Positions 56,397-64,000 of a stretch of 64,000 nt of DNA are shown in pieces. Within the stretch, counting starts at the first letter, position 1, and each line of letters begins with the position of its first letter. Both the position numbers and the translations under genes were made by a program. Below the pieces are notes generated by a model, which ran no database searches, had not been told where the DNA came from, and saw only the letters and a list, made by a program, of their open reading frames with translations. Source of the stretch: Candidatus Poribacteria bacterium (GTDB lineage: Bacteria; Poribacteria; WGA-4E; WGA-3G); contig OZ242029.1 in assembly GCA_965205015.1 (NCBI GenBank), positions 2,912,001-2,976,000 on the forward strand, written 5' to 3'.

Positions 56397-57749
56397 ATGA
56401 ACACAGCCATGCTAAACAATCAGGTCCCCGTTACCGTGTTGACGGGCTTTTTAGGGTCTGGTAAAACCACACTTCTCAACCGTATTCTCACCGAAAACCA
56501 TGGCAAACGTATCGCCGTCATCGAAAACGAGTTTGGCGAGATCGGCGTCGATAATGATTTGGTCATCGGTGCCGAAGAAGAGATTTTCGAGATGAACAAT
56601 GGTTGCATCTGCTGCACGGTGCGCGGTGATCTCATCCGTATTTTGGGGAATCTGATGAAGCGTCGCGATAAGTTCGACTACATCATGGTCGAAACCACAG
56701 GGCTTGCGGACCCCGGGCCAGTTGCGCAGACGTTCTTCATGGATACCGAAATGAAGGAGAAACTGCAACTGGATTCCGTCACGACGCTGGTTGATGCCAA
56801 ACACATCTGGCAGCACATCGATGACAGCGACGAGGCGCGTGAACAGATTGCCTTTGCCGATGTTATTTTGTTGAACAAGATTGACCTTGTGACCGAGGGA
56901 GAGTTAGATCAACTGGAAGGTAGAATTCGCAGCATGAACAGTGCGGCGAAGATTTATCGAACGAAAGACGCCGTGGTTGAAATGGACAAGATTCTCAATG
57001 TCGGCGGATTCGATCTGGACCGGGCGATGGAGGTTGACCCACAGTTTATGGAACCGGAGTATCCCTTTGAATGGGCTGGTGTTTATAACCTGTCGTCAGG
57101 CACGCATGAACTGGTGCTTCAAGAAGGTCCTGACCCGACGATGAAAGTCGCGTTGGTGCCCGTAAGTGCGTCAACCGATGAGGCTTTGAATGCGGCTGTT
57201 GAACCGGTCGTTATGGTTTTCTCCGATGATGCGCATGAACTTTCGGCGGGAGGCACGCTTCAACCGAGCGGACAGCTCATTGAATTGAATCTCACAGCGG
57301 ACGAATTACGCTTTGACGTGCAGATCGGCCGCTCCGGTGCTTACGCGCTGTTTACCGAGCATCACCCCGACGAATTTCAAGCACAACTCTTTGGCAGCGG
57401 TGCCCCTGTTAAGCCCGTTGTTGAACGCGAATTTAAGCCAGACCACGAACATGATGACGAAGTCACATCGGTCGGCATCACAACCCCCGGCGATCTCGAC
57501 CCCAACCGGTTGGACGATTGGATTAGCGATCTGCTTCTGACAAAAGGTGTCGACATCTTCCGCATGAAAGGTATTCTGAGCATCAAGGGTCAGCCAAACC
57601 GATTCGTCTTCCAAGGTGTTCATATGCTCTTTGACGGTCGCCCTGACCGCCCGTGGGGTGGTGAACCGCGCTACAATAGCCTCATCTTCATCGGGCGCAA
57701 CCTTGACCGGACCGAATTGACTGAGGGGTTTGAAGCATGTCTCGCTTGA
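56397..57749 (+). CDS. COG0523/CobW-family G3E metallochaperone GTPase
   Basis: GFLGSGKTT, ENEFGE, NGCICC, ETTGLADP, NKID, CobW_C RMKG..VFQGVH. Confidence 0.95.
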   Translation: MNTAMLNNQVPVTVLTGFLGSGKTTLLNRILTENHGKRIAVIENEFGEIGVDNDLVIGAEEEIFEMNNGCICCTVRGDLIRILGNLMKRRDKFDYIMVETTGLADPGPVAQTFFMDTEMKEKLQLDSVTTLVDAKHIWQHIDDSDEAREQIAFADVILLNKIDLVTEGELDQLEGRIRSMNSAAKIYRTKDAVVEMDKILNVGGFDLDRAMEVDPQFMEPEYPFEWAGVYNLSSGTHELVLQEGPDPTMKVALVPVSASTDEALNAAVEPVVMVFSDDAHELSAGGTLQPSGQLIELNLTADELRFDVQIGRSGAYALFTEHHPDEFQAQLFGSGAPVKPVVEREFKPDHEHDDEVTSVGITTPGDLDPNRLDDWISDLLLTKGVDIFRMKGILSIKGQPNRFVFQGVHMLFDGRPDRPWGGEPRYNSLIFIGRNLDRTELTEGFEACLA

Positions 57750-58792
57750 ACGATCTGAGGAGCCGCTTTGTCCAGCCCTCTCAACTGCGCGAAAATTGGA
57801 CCGCAACCATCAGCGACCACGTCATTGATCTGGCGTGGTCCCCTGATGGGAGATACATCGCTGCCGCGTCGGTTCTCGGTCCGGTGACAATTTTTGAAGG
57901 TCGTCGTCGAGCGGTTATCCATGCCTTTGAAGGGCATGAATTCGGCACAATGTCAATCGCGTGGCGTCCAGACAGCAAGGTGCTTGCAAGCGCAGGGCAA
58001 GATGGGAAAATTCGGTTGTGGGATGTGACAAGTGGCGAAGCGACCCATTCGCTTGACGGGGGTGCAGCATGGGTTGAGCACCTGGCTTGGAGTGGCGGCA
58101 AAAGACCGATACTCGTCTCTGCCGCGGGGCGTAAGTTGAAACTCTGGAACGCTATCGGCGATCTTGTTCGCGAATATCCCGACCATCAGAGCACGATTTC
58201 GGGTCTCCAATGGAGACCGCGTGTAAGGCAACTTGCCTCGATTGCCTACGGTGGCGTCACACTGTGGGACCCGCAACAGTCGGAAGCCGTCCGCCGATTG
58301 GAATGGAAAGGCTCATCACTGGTGGTTGCGTGGAGCCCTGACGGCAAATACATCGCCACCGGAGATCAAGATTCGACCGTACATTGCTGGATTATGTCTA
58401 CCGGTGACGACTTGCAAATGTCTGGCTATCCGACGAAAGTGCGAGAACTCTCGTGGGATGCCACGAGTCGATACTTGGCTACGGGCGGCGGTCAGGAAGT
58501 TACGGTGTGGGATTGTTCCGGTCGCGGACCCGCCGGTACCAAACCCATTACGCTTTCCGGGCATCAGGATTTTCTCAGCGTTGTGTGTTTTCAACATCGC
58601 GGAAAACTGCTGGCCTCAGGCGGTGCCGACGGTCTGGTCTACGTCTGGGAATTGCGCGGCAACCTCGGTTCTCAGGCGGTTCATAAAGCCGTTCTGACAG
58701 CAGGGGTCACAAATCTCGTTTGGGCACCGAATGACCAGTATATTGCTGTTGGTGACGAGTCGGGTGGGGTGAGCGTTTTTTCGATAAGTTAA
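57737..58792 (+). CDS. WD40 repeat protein
   Basis: Repeated AWSPDG, LASAGQDGKIRLWD, GH...LASGGADG..VW; overlaps the cobW stop. Confidence 0.9.
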   Translation: MSRLNDLRSRFVQPSQLRENWTATISDHVIDLAWSPDGRYIAAASVLGPVTIFEGRRRAVIHAFEGHEFGTMSIAWRPDSKVLASAGQDGKIRLWDVTSGEATHSLDGGAAWVEHLAWSGGKRPILVSAAGRKLKLWNAIGDLVREYPDHQSTISGLQWRPRVRQLASIAYGGVTLWDPQQSEAVRRLEWKGSSLVVAWSPDGKYIATGDQDSTVHCWIMSTGDDLQMSGYPTKVRELSWDATSRYLATGGGQEVTVWDCSGRGPAGTKPITLSGHQDFLSVVCFQHRGKLLASGGADGLVYVWELRGNLGSQAVHKAVLTAGVTNLVWAPNDQYIAVGDESGGVSVFSIS

Positions 58793-58845
58793 AGTTCAAC
58801 ATTAACTGTTCAATACTGTGGTGTTGCGTCCAAGTCCTCAATGCC

Positions 58846-60303
58846 TCACTTGAGATCACATTTCAGAAAGGACAACTGCGCTGCAGTAAAGAACAGGACA
58901 TTAAAAAGAATCAGGAGTGCGACAGGAAAAATTACACTTTGATACGAGATATGTTCTTTAAACCTTGGCACAACATTCGGATCTACCGGTTTTTGAGACA
59001 ATCCCTCCCGCACCGGATAGATATGTAAGCTATCTGGATCGTTTCTATCCTCCGTTTTGATGAAATCTATAAATGTGTCTCTATAACGGCGCACCTGTTT
59101 AACGAAATCCATATAACTGACGATTCCGGTGTTCGCGAGTCCTTCCATGGCGTATTGGAAACAGACCGTTGGAGAGATTTGGGTGAGTTCGCGGGCGAGT
59201 TGCACCTGCCGCAATTGCTGATCTACACGTGCATCTGCTATGTGAGTTCTCGTTTCAGACCTTCTTCTGAAGTAGGTCGCCCATTGCCGCGTTGCTGATG
59301 GATTGTCGACGGAAGGGGCTTCACTGAGTTTTGTTACTTCCAGCATTTCCCTCGGTTGAAATTCATCCTCTATATTTGCTAATTGCAAGCGTTTTTCCGC
59401 GGATATTCTTTCTATTGATGGGATCGGATCAAGTGTGCCGATGAAGAGGCCAAGTAGACTCGGGAAGATAAATGCTAAACAGACCCAAGTTAGCAATAAC
59501 CACACTAAACTGGTGATGGCATTTGAGACGCGACTTGAAAAAAACAGTCCCAAAAAAATGAAGATAGAAATATGCAACGCGAAGAGCCCGATCATTCCTA
59601 AAATCCGAAGCCAACTGCCTGAATTAAAAGGAATGCTCCGTGACAGGTAGATGGTGAGAAGATTCATGAGGACTCCAATCAGGAGTGGGACGATGAGGGT
59701 TGCAAATGTCCCTAAGTATTTTGCGAATAGTACCTGCCCACGAGAGATTGGGTTGGCCATCATGAGACGGAGTGTTCCCCGAGCGCGTTCCCCAGCGATG
59801 GCATCGAAAGTGAATAAAATGACAAAGAAACTCATGAAGACACCGATAAATACCCAATCAATCTTGATGCGCGTAGGTGCGTCCCCGCCATGATTTGAGG
59901 GTAGATATTCTAAGGACCACAACTCCCGCCACCTATAGTCTTCAACCACACCCCCGTCGTATCCGCTACGTCCCCCGCGTGCGCCTGCGATTGTGATAGA
60001 ACGGGGTATGAAGGCATCAGCACCATCGGCACAGAACTTCAACTGCGTCGGATACTTGGATATCTCCGCGGGTCCGACCATTGCCAACTCTCCTAAACCT
60101 TTGGCAGCGTATTCTTCAATATGAGATAACCCTTGGGTCACGTTGCGGGTATAATCACGTATTTCCGCTGTATACCCCTCATCGCCGAAGCCATATATGA
60201 GGGCATTGGCGATCATCAAGATGGGTAGAAGGAGTAACATCAAGACGAACCGCAGCGTTGTGAGATTCTGATATATCTCTTTTTTTGCAATGTGCCAAAT
60301 CAT
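58846..60303 (-). CDS. ABC-2 type transporter permease (NosY-like) with large extracytoplasmic loops
   Basis: MIWHIAKKE, FDAIAGERARGTLRLMMANPISRGQVLFAKYLG, ISP, C-terminal F...D. Confidence 0.85.
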   Translation of the reverse strand: MIWHIAKKEIYQNLTTLRFVLMLLLLPILMIANALIYGFGDEGYTAEIRDYTRNVTQGLSHIEEYAAKGLGELAMVGPAEISKYPTQLKFCADGADAFIPRSITIAGARGGRSGYDGGVVEDYRWRELWSLEYLPSNHGGDAPTRIKIDWVFIGVFMSFFVILFTFDAIAGERARGTLRLMMANPISRGQVLFAKYLGTFATLIVPLLIGVLMNLLTIYLSRSIPFNSGSWLRILGMIGLFALHISIFIFLGLFFSSRVSNAITSLVWLLLTWVCLAFIFPSLLGLFIGTLDPIPSIERISAEKRLQLANIEDEFQPREMLEVTKLSEAPSVDNPSATRQWATYFRRRSETRTHIADARVDQQLRQVQLARELTQISPTVCFQYAMEGLANTGIVSYMDFVKQVRRYRDTFIDFIKTEDRNDPDSLHIYPVREGLSQKPVDPNVVPRFKEHISYQSVIFPVALLILFNVLFFTAAQLSFLKCDLK

Positions 60304-60307
60304 TTTT

Positions 60308-60398
60308 AGTCGTTGTCAGTTGTCAGTTATCGGTTGTCGGTTACAGGAAGATTCTCGTCTAACTGAAAGGGTTTTCGCAGAAAACCCGTACTGATAAG
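60308..60398. repeat. Heptamer-repeat element between the permease genes
   Basis: gttgtcagttgtcagttatcggttgtcggtta ... taactgaaag...actgataagc. Confidence 0.65.
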
Positions 60399-60406
60399 CC
60401 TCCTTT

Positions 60407-61912
60407 TCAATTCAGTTCATACCGAAGGAACGACACATACACGCCTATAAACAGGATGACATTCCACGCCAACAGGATCAGGATATCGCTTGATGCGCGG
60501 GAAAGACTCTGAAATAGAGAAGTACGCGGGTTCTGAAAAACAGGGAGATCTCTAAACTCCGCCGTCCCTTGATCGCTGGAAAGCCACGCTCTCGCGGAAA
60601 AGGCGTTTTTACCGGTGAGATAGTCGACAACTTGACGTTTATAACTCCTTGTGTGTTTAATAAAGTCTTGGTAACGCTCCCTGTCTGTATCGGTTATCGC
60701 GCCAACGGCAAATCGGTATGCGTCCGCGAAAGAAAATCGGGAGATATCTTTGGCGAACCGTCTGTTGCTTTCTTCAACGTCTTCTCTCTGTTTGAGGAGT
60801 GCTTCGGCTTGGTTTGCGTAGTCGATACGTAGCGGTTCTTGGTAGCCCAATACTTCCTGAAGTTTGGAGACATCCACGATGTGGATCGGTTTGAACTCAT
60901 AGAATTCACTAAAGCCAAGTTCTCCCGGTGAACTCATATCAATCAATGTTGACAAAGCACCATCGCCGATCAGAGAAATCGCGCTAAATGGGTATTTATA
61001 TCCCCATTTTTTCAGCAGGTAGGCATCCCGTTCTTCCTTGAAATCTTCCCATCTCTGCTCAATATGCTGCAGAATCTCCTTTTCAGCTTGTGGTTGATAG
61101 GGCGGGAATTTCATGACTGCGAAGGCTGCTATGTTAGAATGGACGATTGTTAGGATTCCCCAAATGAACATTGAAAGGATGAGCGTGGTGGTTGCTTCCT
61201 TTGTCCATACGGATAGGAGCATCCCTAAGAGGTAACAGGTTGACACGTACAATAGGGAAAGGAGGAGCACGGCAACGAGGCGTAACAGATCACGGCTATT
61301 GAAATCGGGCGTAGGAGAAGCGTAAGCGATAAGGAGTCCAACACTAAAACTAACGATCACAATCGGGAACAGGGATAACATGCCGCCGAGGTATTTCCCT
61401 ATCACGAGTGTGTCCTTGGGAATCGGATTGGATAACACTAATTTGAGTGTGCCGTCCTCGCGTTCCCCTGAAATCGTGTTGTAAGCGAATAGGATCGCCA
61501 ATGCACTGACGACAATTTTAAAGACGAAAATAACATCGATGGAAAGAAAGATAGAGAGGAACGGGTTGTCGGAGCCCTGTTTCTGTGCCTCTTTTTCCCA
61601 TATAGGTGTTGCGAGTTCGATACTCACCATATCCGCGCCGGATTTTTCCATGCCGACATTAAAGATGCTGAGCAGATTCGGTTTCCTGTGCGCTTTCGGA
61701 TTAATTTGGCTGTAGAGGTCCCACGTTCGCGTTTCTTCTTGATATTCCTGAAGGGCAACGTGATACGCTGCCAATCGCTTTTCGTAATCTGCAACCTGAA
61801 CAAAAACAGCGGCAGCCGTTGACATTAGACAGACAATAAAACCGATCATGAACCGGGCGGTCAGGACATTTGAGACGAATTCGCGCTGGACGATTAGCCA
61901 AAGTGTTGGCAC
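60407..61912 (-). CDS. ABC-2 type transporter permease, paralog
   Basis: LWLIVQREF, YNTISGEREDGTLKLVLSNPIPK..LVIGKYLG, FLRYE; start uncertain (61912 or 61948). Confidence 0.85.
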   Translation of the reverse strand: MPTLWLIVQREFVSNVLTARFMIGFIVCLMSTAAAVFVQVADYEKRLAAYHVALQEYQEETRTWDLYSQINPKAHRKPNLLSIFNVGMEKSGADMVSIELATPIWEKEAQKQGSDNPFLSIFLSIDVIFVFKIVVSALAILFAYNTISGEREDGTLKLVLSNPIPKDTLVIGKYLGGMLSLFPIVIVSFSVGLLIAYASPTPDFNSRDLLRLVAVLLLSLLYVSTCYLLGMLLSVWTKEATTTLILSMFIWGILTIVHSNIAAFAVMKFPPYQPQAEKEILQHIEQRWEDFKEERDAYLLKKWGYKYPFSAISLIGDGALSTLIDMSSPGELGFSEFYEFKPIHIVDVSKLQEVLGYQEPLRIDYANQAEALLKQREDVEESNRRFAKDISRFSFADAYRFAVGAITDTDRERYQDFIKHTRSYKRQVVDYLTGKNAFSARAWLSSDQGTAEFRDLPVFQNPRTSLFQSLSRASSDILILLAWNVILFIGVYVSFLRYELN

Positions 61913-61991
61913 AGGTAATACCACAATTGTTGTTATAGTAGCAGGCACGCGCCGCGTGCCGTCGCATCATTATAGTGTGTTTCAGTCACGT

Positions 61992-64000
61992 CTACTGATT
62001 GACACGTTCAAAACGAAACATACCACGATGTTCCGTACCAACGTAAAAGGCATTTCCATCAACAACCAGGGAAGTTATGGCATCTGGTATTTCCTGCACA
62101 ATCTTTTCCCAGGTTCCTATTTCCTTTTCTAAGTGATAGATACCTTCATCATTAGCCCCATAAACGGAATCTGTCGCTGCAGCTAATGATTTGATGAGAA
62201 CAGGTTTTCCCGTCTCATCGACGAGGGCATTCCAGACAACGCCATCTTTTGAATAACAAACCCCTTTATCCGTCGCGATGTAGACCGTTGAACCTGCGAA
62301 GACTATCTCTTTGAAATGCTCGATAGAGAAGGGGAGATTTGGTGTGATATCATTCCAAGTGTCTCCACCATCAAGCGATTGTAAGAGATGCCCATCCCGC
62401 TTACCGACATAGATGGTTTCGTCCGATGCAGCGATTTTAAAGCCTCTCCACAACGTCTCACTACGGAGTTCACCGGTCTCCTCCACACCGGTATCGTGCC
62501 ATTCTGGGTCCCCAGGTCTCCATCGGAAGAGTTTATAGTTATATTCCATGTAAAACGTTTCGTCGCTGACTGCGAAGCTGCCCCATAATCCTTCCCGTAT
62601 TAACTCATATACCGCTGGCGGGGCTGTTTGCATTTCTATCAACCTTTCAAAGAAATGGTCTGCCCCAAAATCAGCGGTCTTTGATAAATCATCCAATAAG
62701 GCATCAGGTACACCAGAAAAACCGACTCGAAGTTCCGGTTCTGATCGCCTTTCGTCTCTGAAAGTGAAATGTTTACCCGCCAGTACTTTGTGCACCAGTC
62801 CAAATGAACTTAAAGAAGGGGGCGCTCCTGTAACGGGGATGAGGGCATTACCATCGGAAGACAACTGAAGAAGCGTCGTTTCATAACTCCTTTGAATTCC
62901 TTTGGCATAGAGAACGCCATTGGTTTTTGCTATCTGCACAATTTCCGGTTGTTGCTTTTGGGGCAAACGTCCTCTGGGGTTCACTTCCAAGCTGACAGCA
63001 TCCCACGATGTTCCGCCATCGTTCGATTTGACAAAATGTTTACCCACGCTGGCATAAAGGGCTGCAGCCCTGTTTGGTGCCTGCTCTGCCACGAAACTGA
63101 CTAAATTATCAACACGACTTTCCAGTCCGGTATGAAAGCGATGCCACGTTTTACCACCATCCGTTGAACGATGAATCCCACTGCTGCCACCCGTATAAAA
63201 TGTGTTTCCATCTAAAGCTGCAGCGCATCGCACACTGAACTGCATAGGCGCAATCCCTGAAGATTCTATAGAGGTCCAAGTCTCTCCATAATCAACCGAT
63301 CGGCTTACCATACCGTCATCGTTTCCGATCGCCAAGAGTGTCCCTTTTGCAGCCAGCAGTGTTATACTCGGCAGCATCCCCATTAGGTTCCAGGCATCCG
63401 TGGGTGTTATGTCTTTCCATGAGTTCCCGCCATCGGTTGATCGGAAAATCCACCATGAACGCATCTCCCCCTTCCACAGTCGCTCCCAAATATCTTTCGG
63501 AGCCCCATAGAAATCCAAAATATTCACTGATGCCATGACATAAATTTCGTCCTCATATATCGCTAAGGACCCAACATGCACGGCTTCATCCACGGGTAAT
63601 CGTAAGTGTTTCCAGGTGTTTCCCTCAAGACGATAGAGTCCGAGATCGGTTTTCACAAATAGGGTGCCTTGACTCATTTGTAACGAATGAATTCCTGAAT
63701 GTTCAGGCAAGCGATTGTCTAAGCCATTGCTTATATACTTCCAAGAATTCCCGGCATCATCGGATCGGAAGATACCGTCACTGAGGCAAAGGTAAAGTGC
63801 ATCTTCTGTAACCATCACTTCTCTAACATACCCTTTGGGGTAGGTGTTGGGGTAGGTCCCAACTCGATGCCAAGTTTTCCCACTATCAGTGGAAGCGTAC
63901 AATTCATTCGATGGGATAATATAGAGTGTACCGTCCCACTCTGCTATGGGTATATCGCCGCCGGTGTCTTGGCGCAGAAAGGCGTCATTGACAAGCTGCC
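61992..64000 (-). CDS. BNR/Asp-box (Ycf48/sialidase-like) repeat beta-propeller protein, 5'-truncated at window edge
   Basis: Many S-x-D-x-G-x-[TS]-W boxes (STDSGKTW, SDDAGNSW, STDGGNSW, SVDYGETW, SLDGGDTW); frame open to base 64000. Confidence 0.85.
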   Translation of the reverse strand, partial: QLVNDAFLRQDTGGDIPIAEWDGTLYIIPSNELYASTDSGKTWHRVGTYPNTYPKGYVREVMVTEDALYLCLSDGIFRSDDAGNSWKYISNGLDNRLPEHSGIHSLQMSQGTLFVKTDLGLYRLEGNTWKHLRLPVDEAVHVGSLAIYEDEIYVMASVNILDFYGAPKDIWERLWKGEMRSWWIFRSTDGGNSWKDITPTDAWNLMGMLPSITLLAAKGTLLAIGNDDGMVSRSVDYGETWTSIESSGIAPMQFSVRCAAALDGNTFYTGGSSGIHRSTDGGKTWHRFHTGLESRVDNLVSFVAEQAPNRAAALYASVGKHFVKSNDGGTSWDAVSLEVNPRGRLPQKQQPEIVQIAKTNGVLYAKGIQRSYETTLLQLSSDGNALIPVTGAPPSLSSFGLVHKVLAGKHFTFRDERRSEPELRVGFSGVPDALLDDLSKTADFGADHFFERLIEMQTAPPAVYELIREGLWGSFAVSDETFYMEYNYKLFRWRPGDPEWHDTGVEETGELRSETLWRGFKIAASDETIYVGKRDGHLLQSLDGGDTWNDITPNLPFSIEHFKEIVFAGSTVYIATDKGVCYSKDGVVWNALVDETGKPVLIKSLAAATDSVYGANDEGIYHLEKEIGTWEKIVQEIPDAITSLVVDGNAFYVGTEHRGMFRFERVNQ

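Overview
A 64 kb bacterial chromosomal window. It is most likely from Candidatus Poribacteria (inference from the LamG proteins ending in 'V-x-x-x-x-KL[AS]TTW-x-x-[IL]K', a FlgD-like 'AAYWDGRN' tail and dense intergenic palindromic repeats). From left to right it holds: (1) two ABC permeases and a wzc/wza pair; (2) a ~15 kb minus-strand defence-type operon, SNF2 helicase-DUF3883 / five nuclease or toxin-like cargo genes / DUF1156 methylase / small ORF / DUF499 ATPase, bordered by an intact IS4-family element with 11-bp target duplication; (3) heptose and nucleotide-sugar genes, a coiled-coil-NYN protein, a repeat protein and a phosphodiesterase; (4) polX, ftsEX, topA and accD, where PolX and FtsE carry degenerate catalytic motifs; (5) LamG-AAA-LamG, a MATE transporter, a tandem rhodanese with an in-frame TGA at the catalytic Cys position (probable selenoprotein), an amidohydrolase and moeA; (6) a metal-acquisition island headed by two paralogous modules, each a consensus promoter plus a His/CxxC/RAPP leader ORF plus a hairpin over the stop codon, upstream of a lipoprotein-TonB receptor-MerC-TroA operon and a ferredoxin-like-COG0523-WD40 operon; (7) two ABC-2 permeases and a truncated BNR-repeat protein. 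The best candidates for undescribed biology are the duplicated RAPP-leader attenuators with their metal operons, the Sec rhodanese and the cargo-loaded DUF499/DUF1156/SNF2 system. No rRNA, tRNA or CRISPR array was seen. All family assignments are by eye from motifs; no searches were run.
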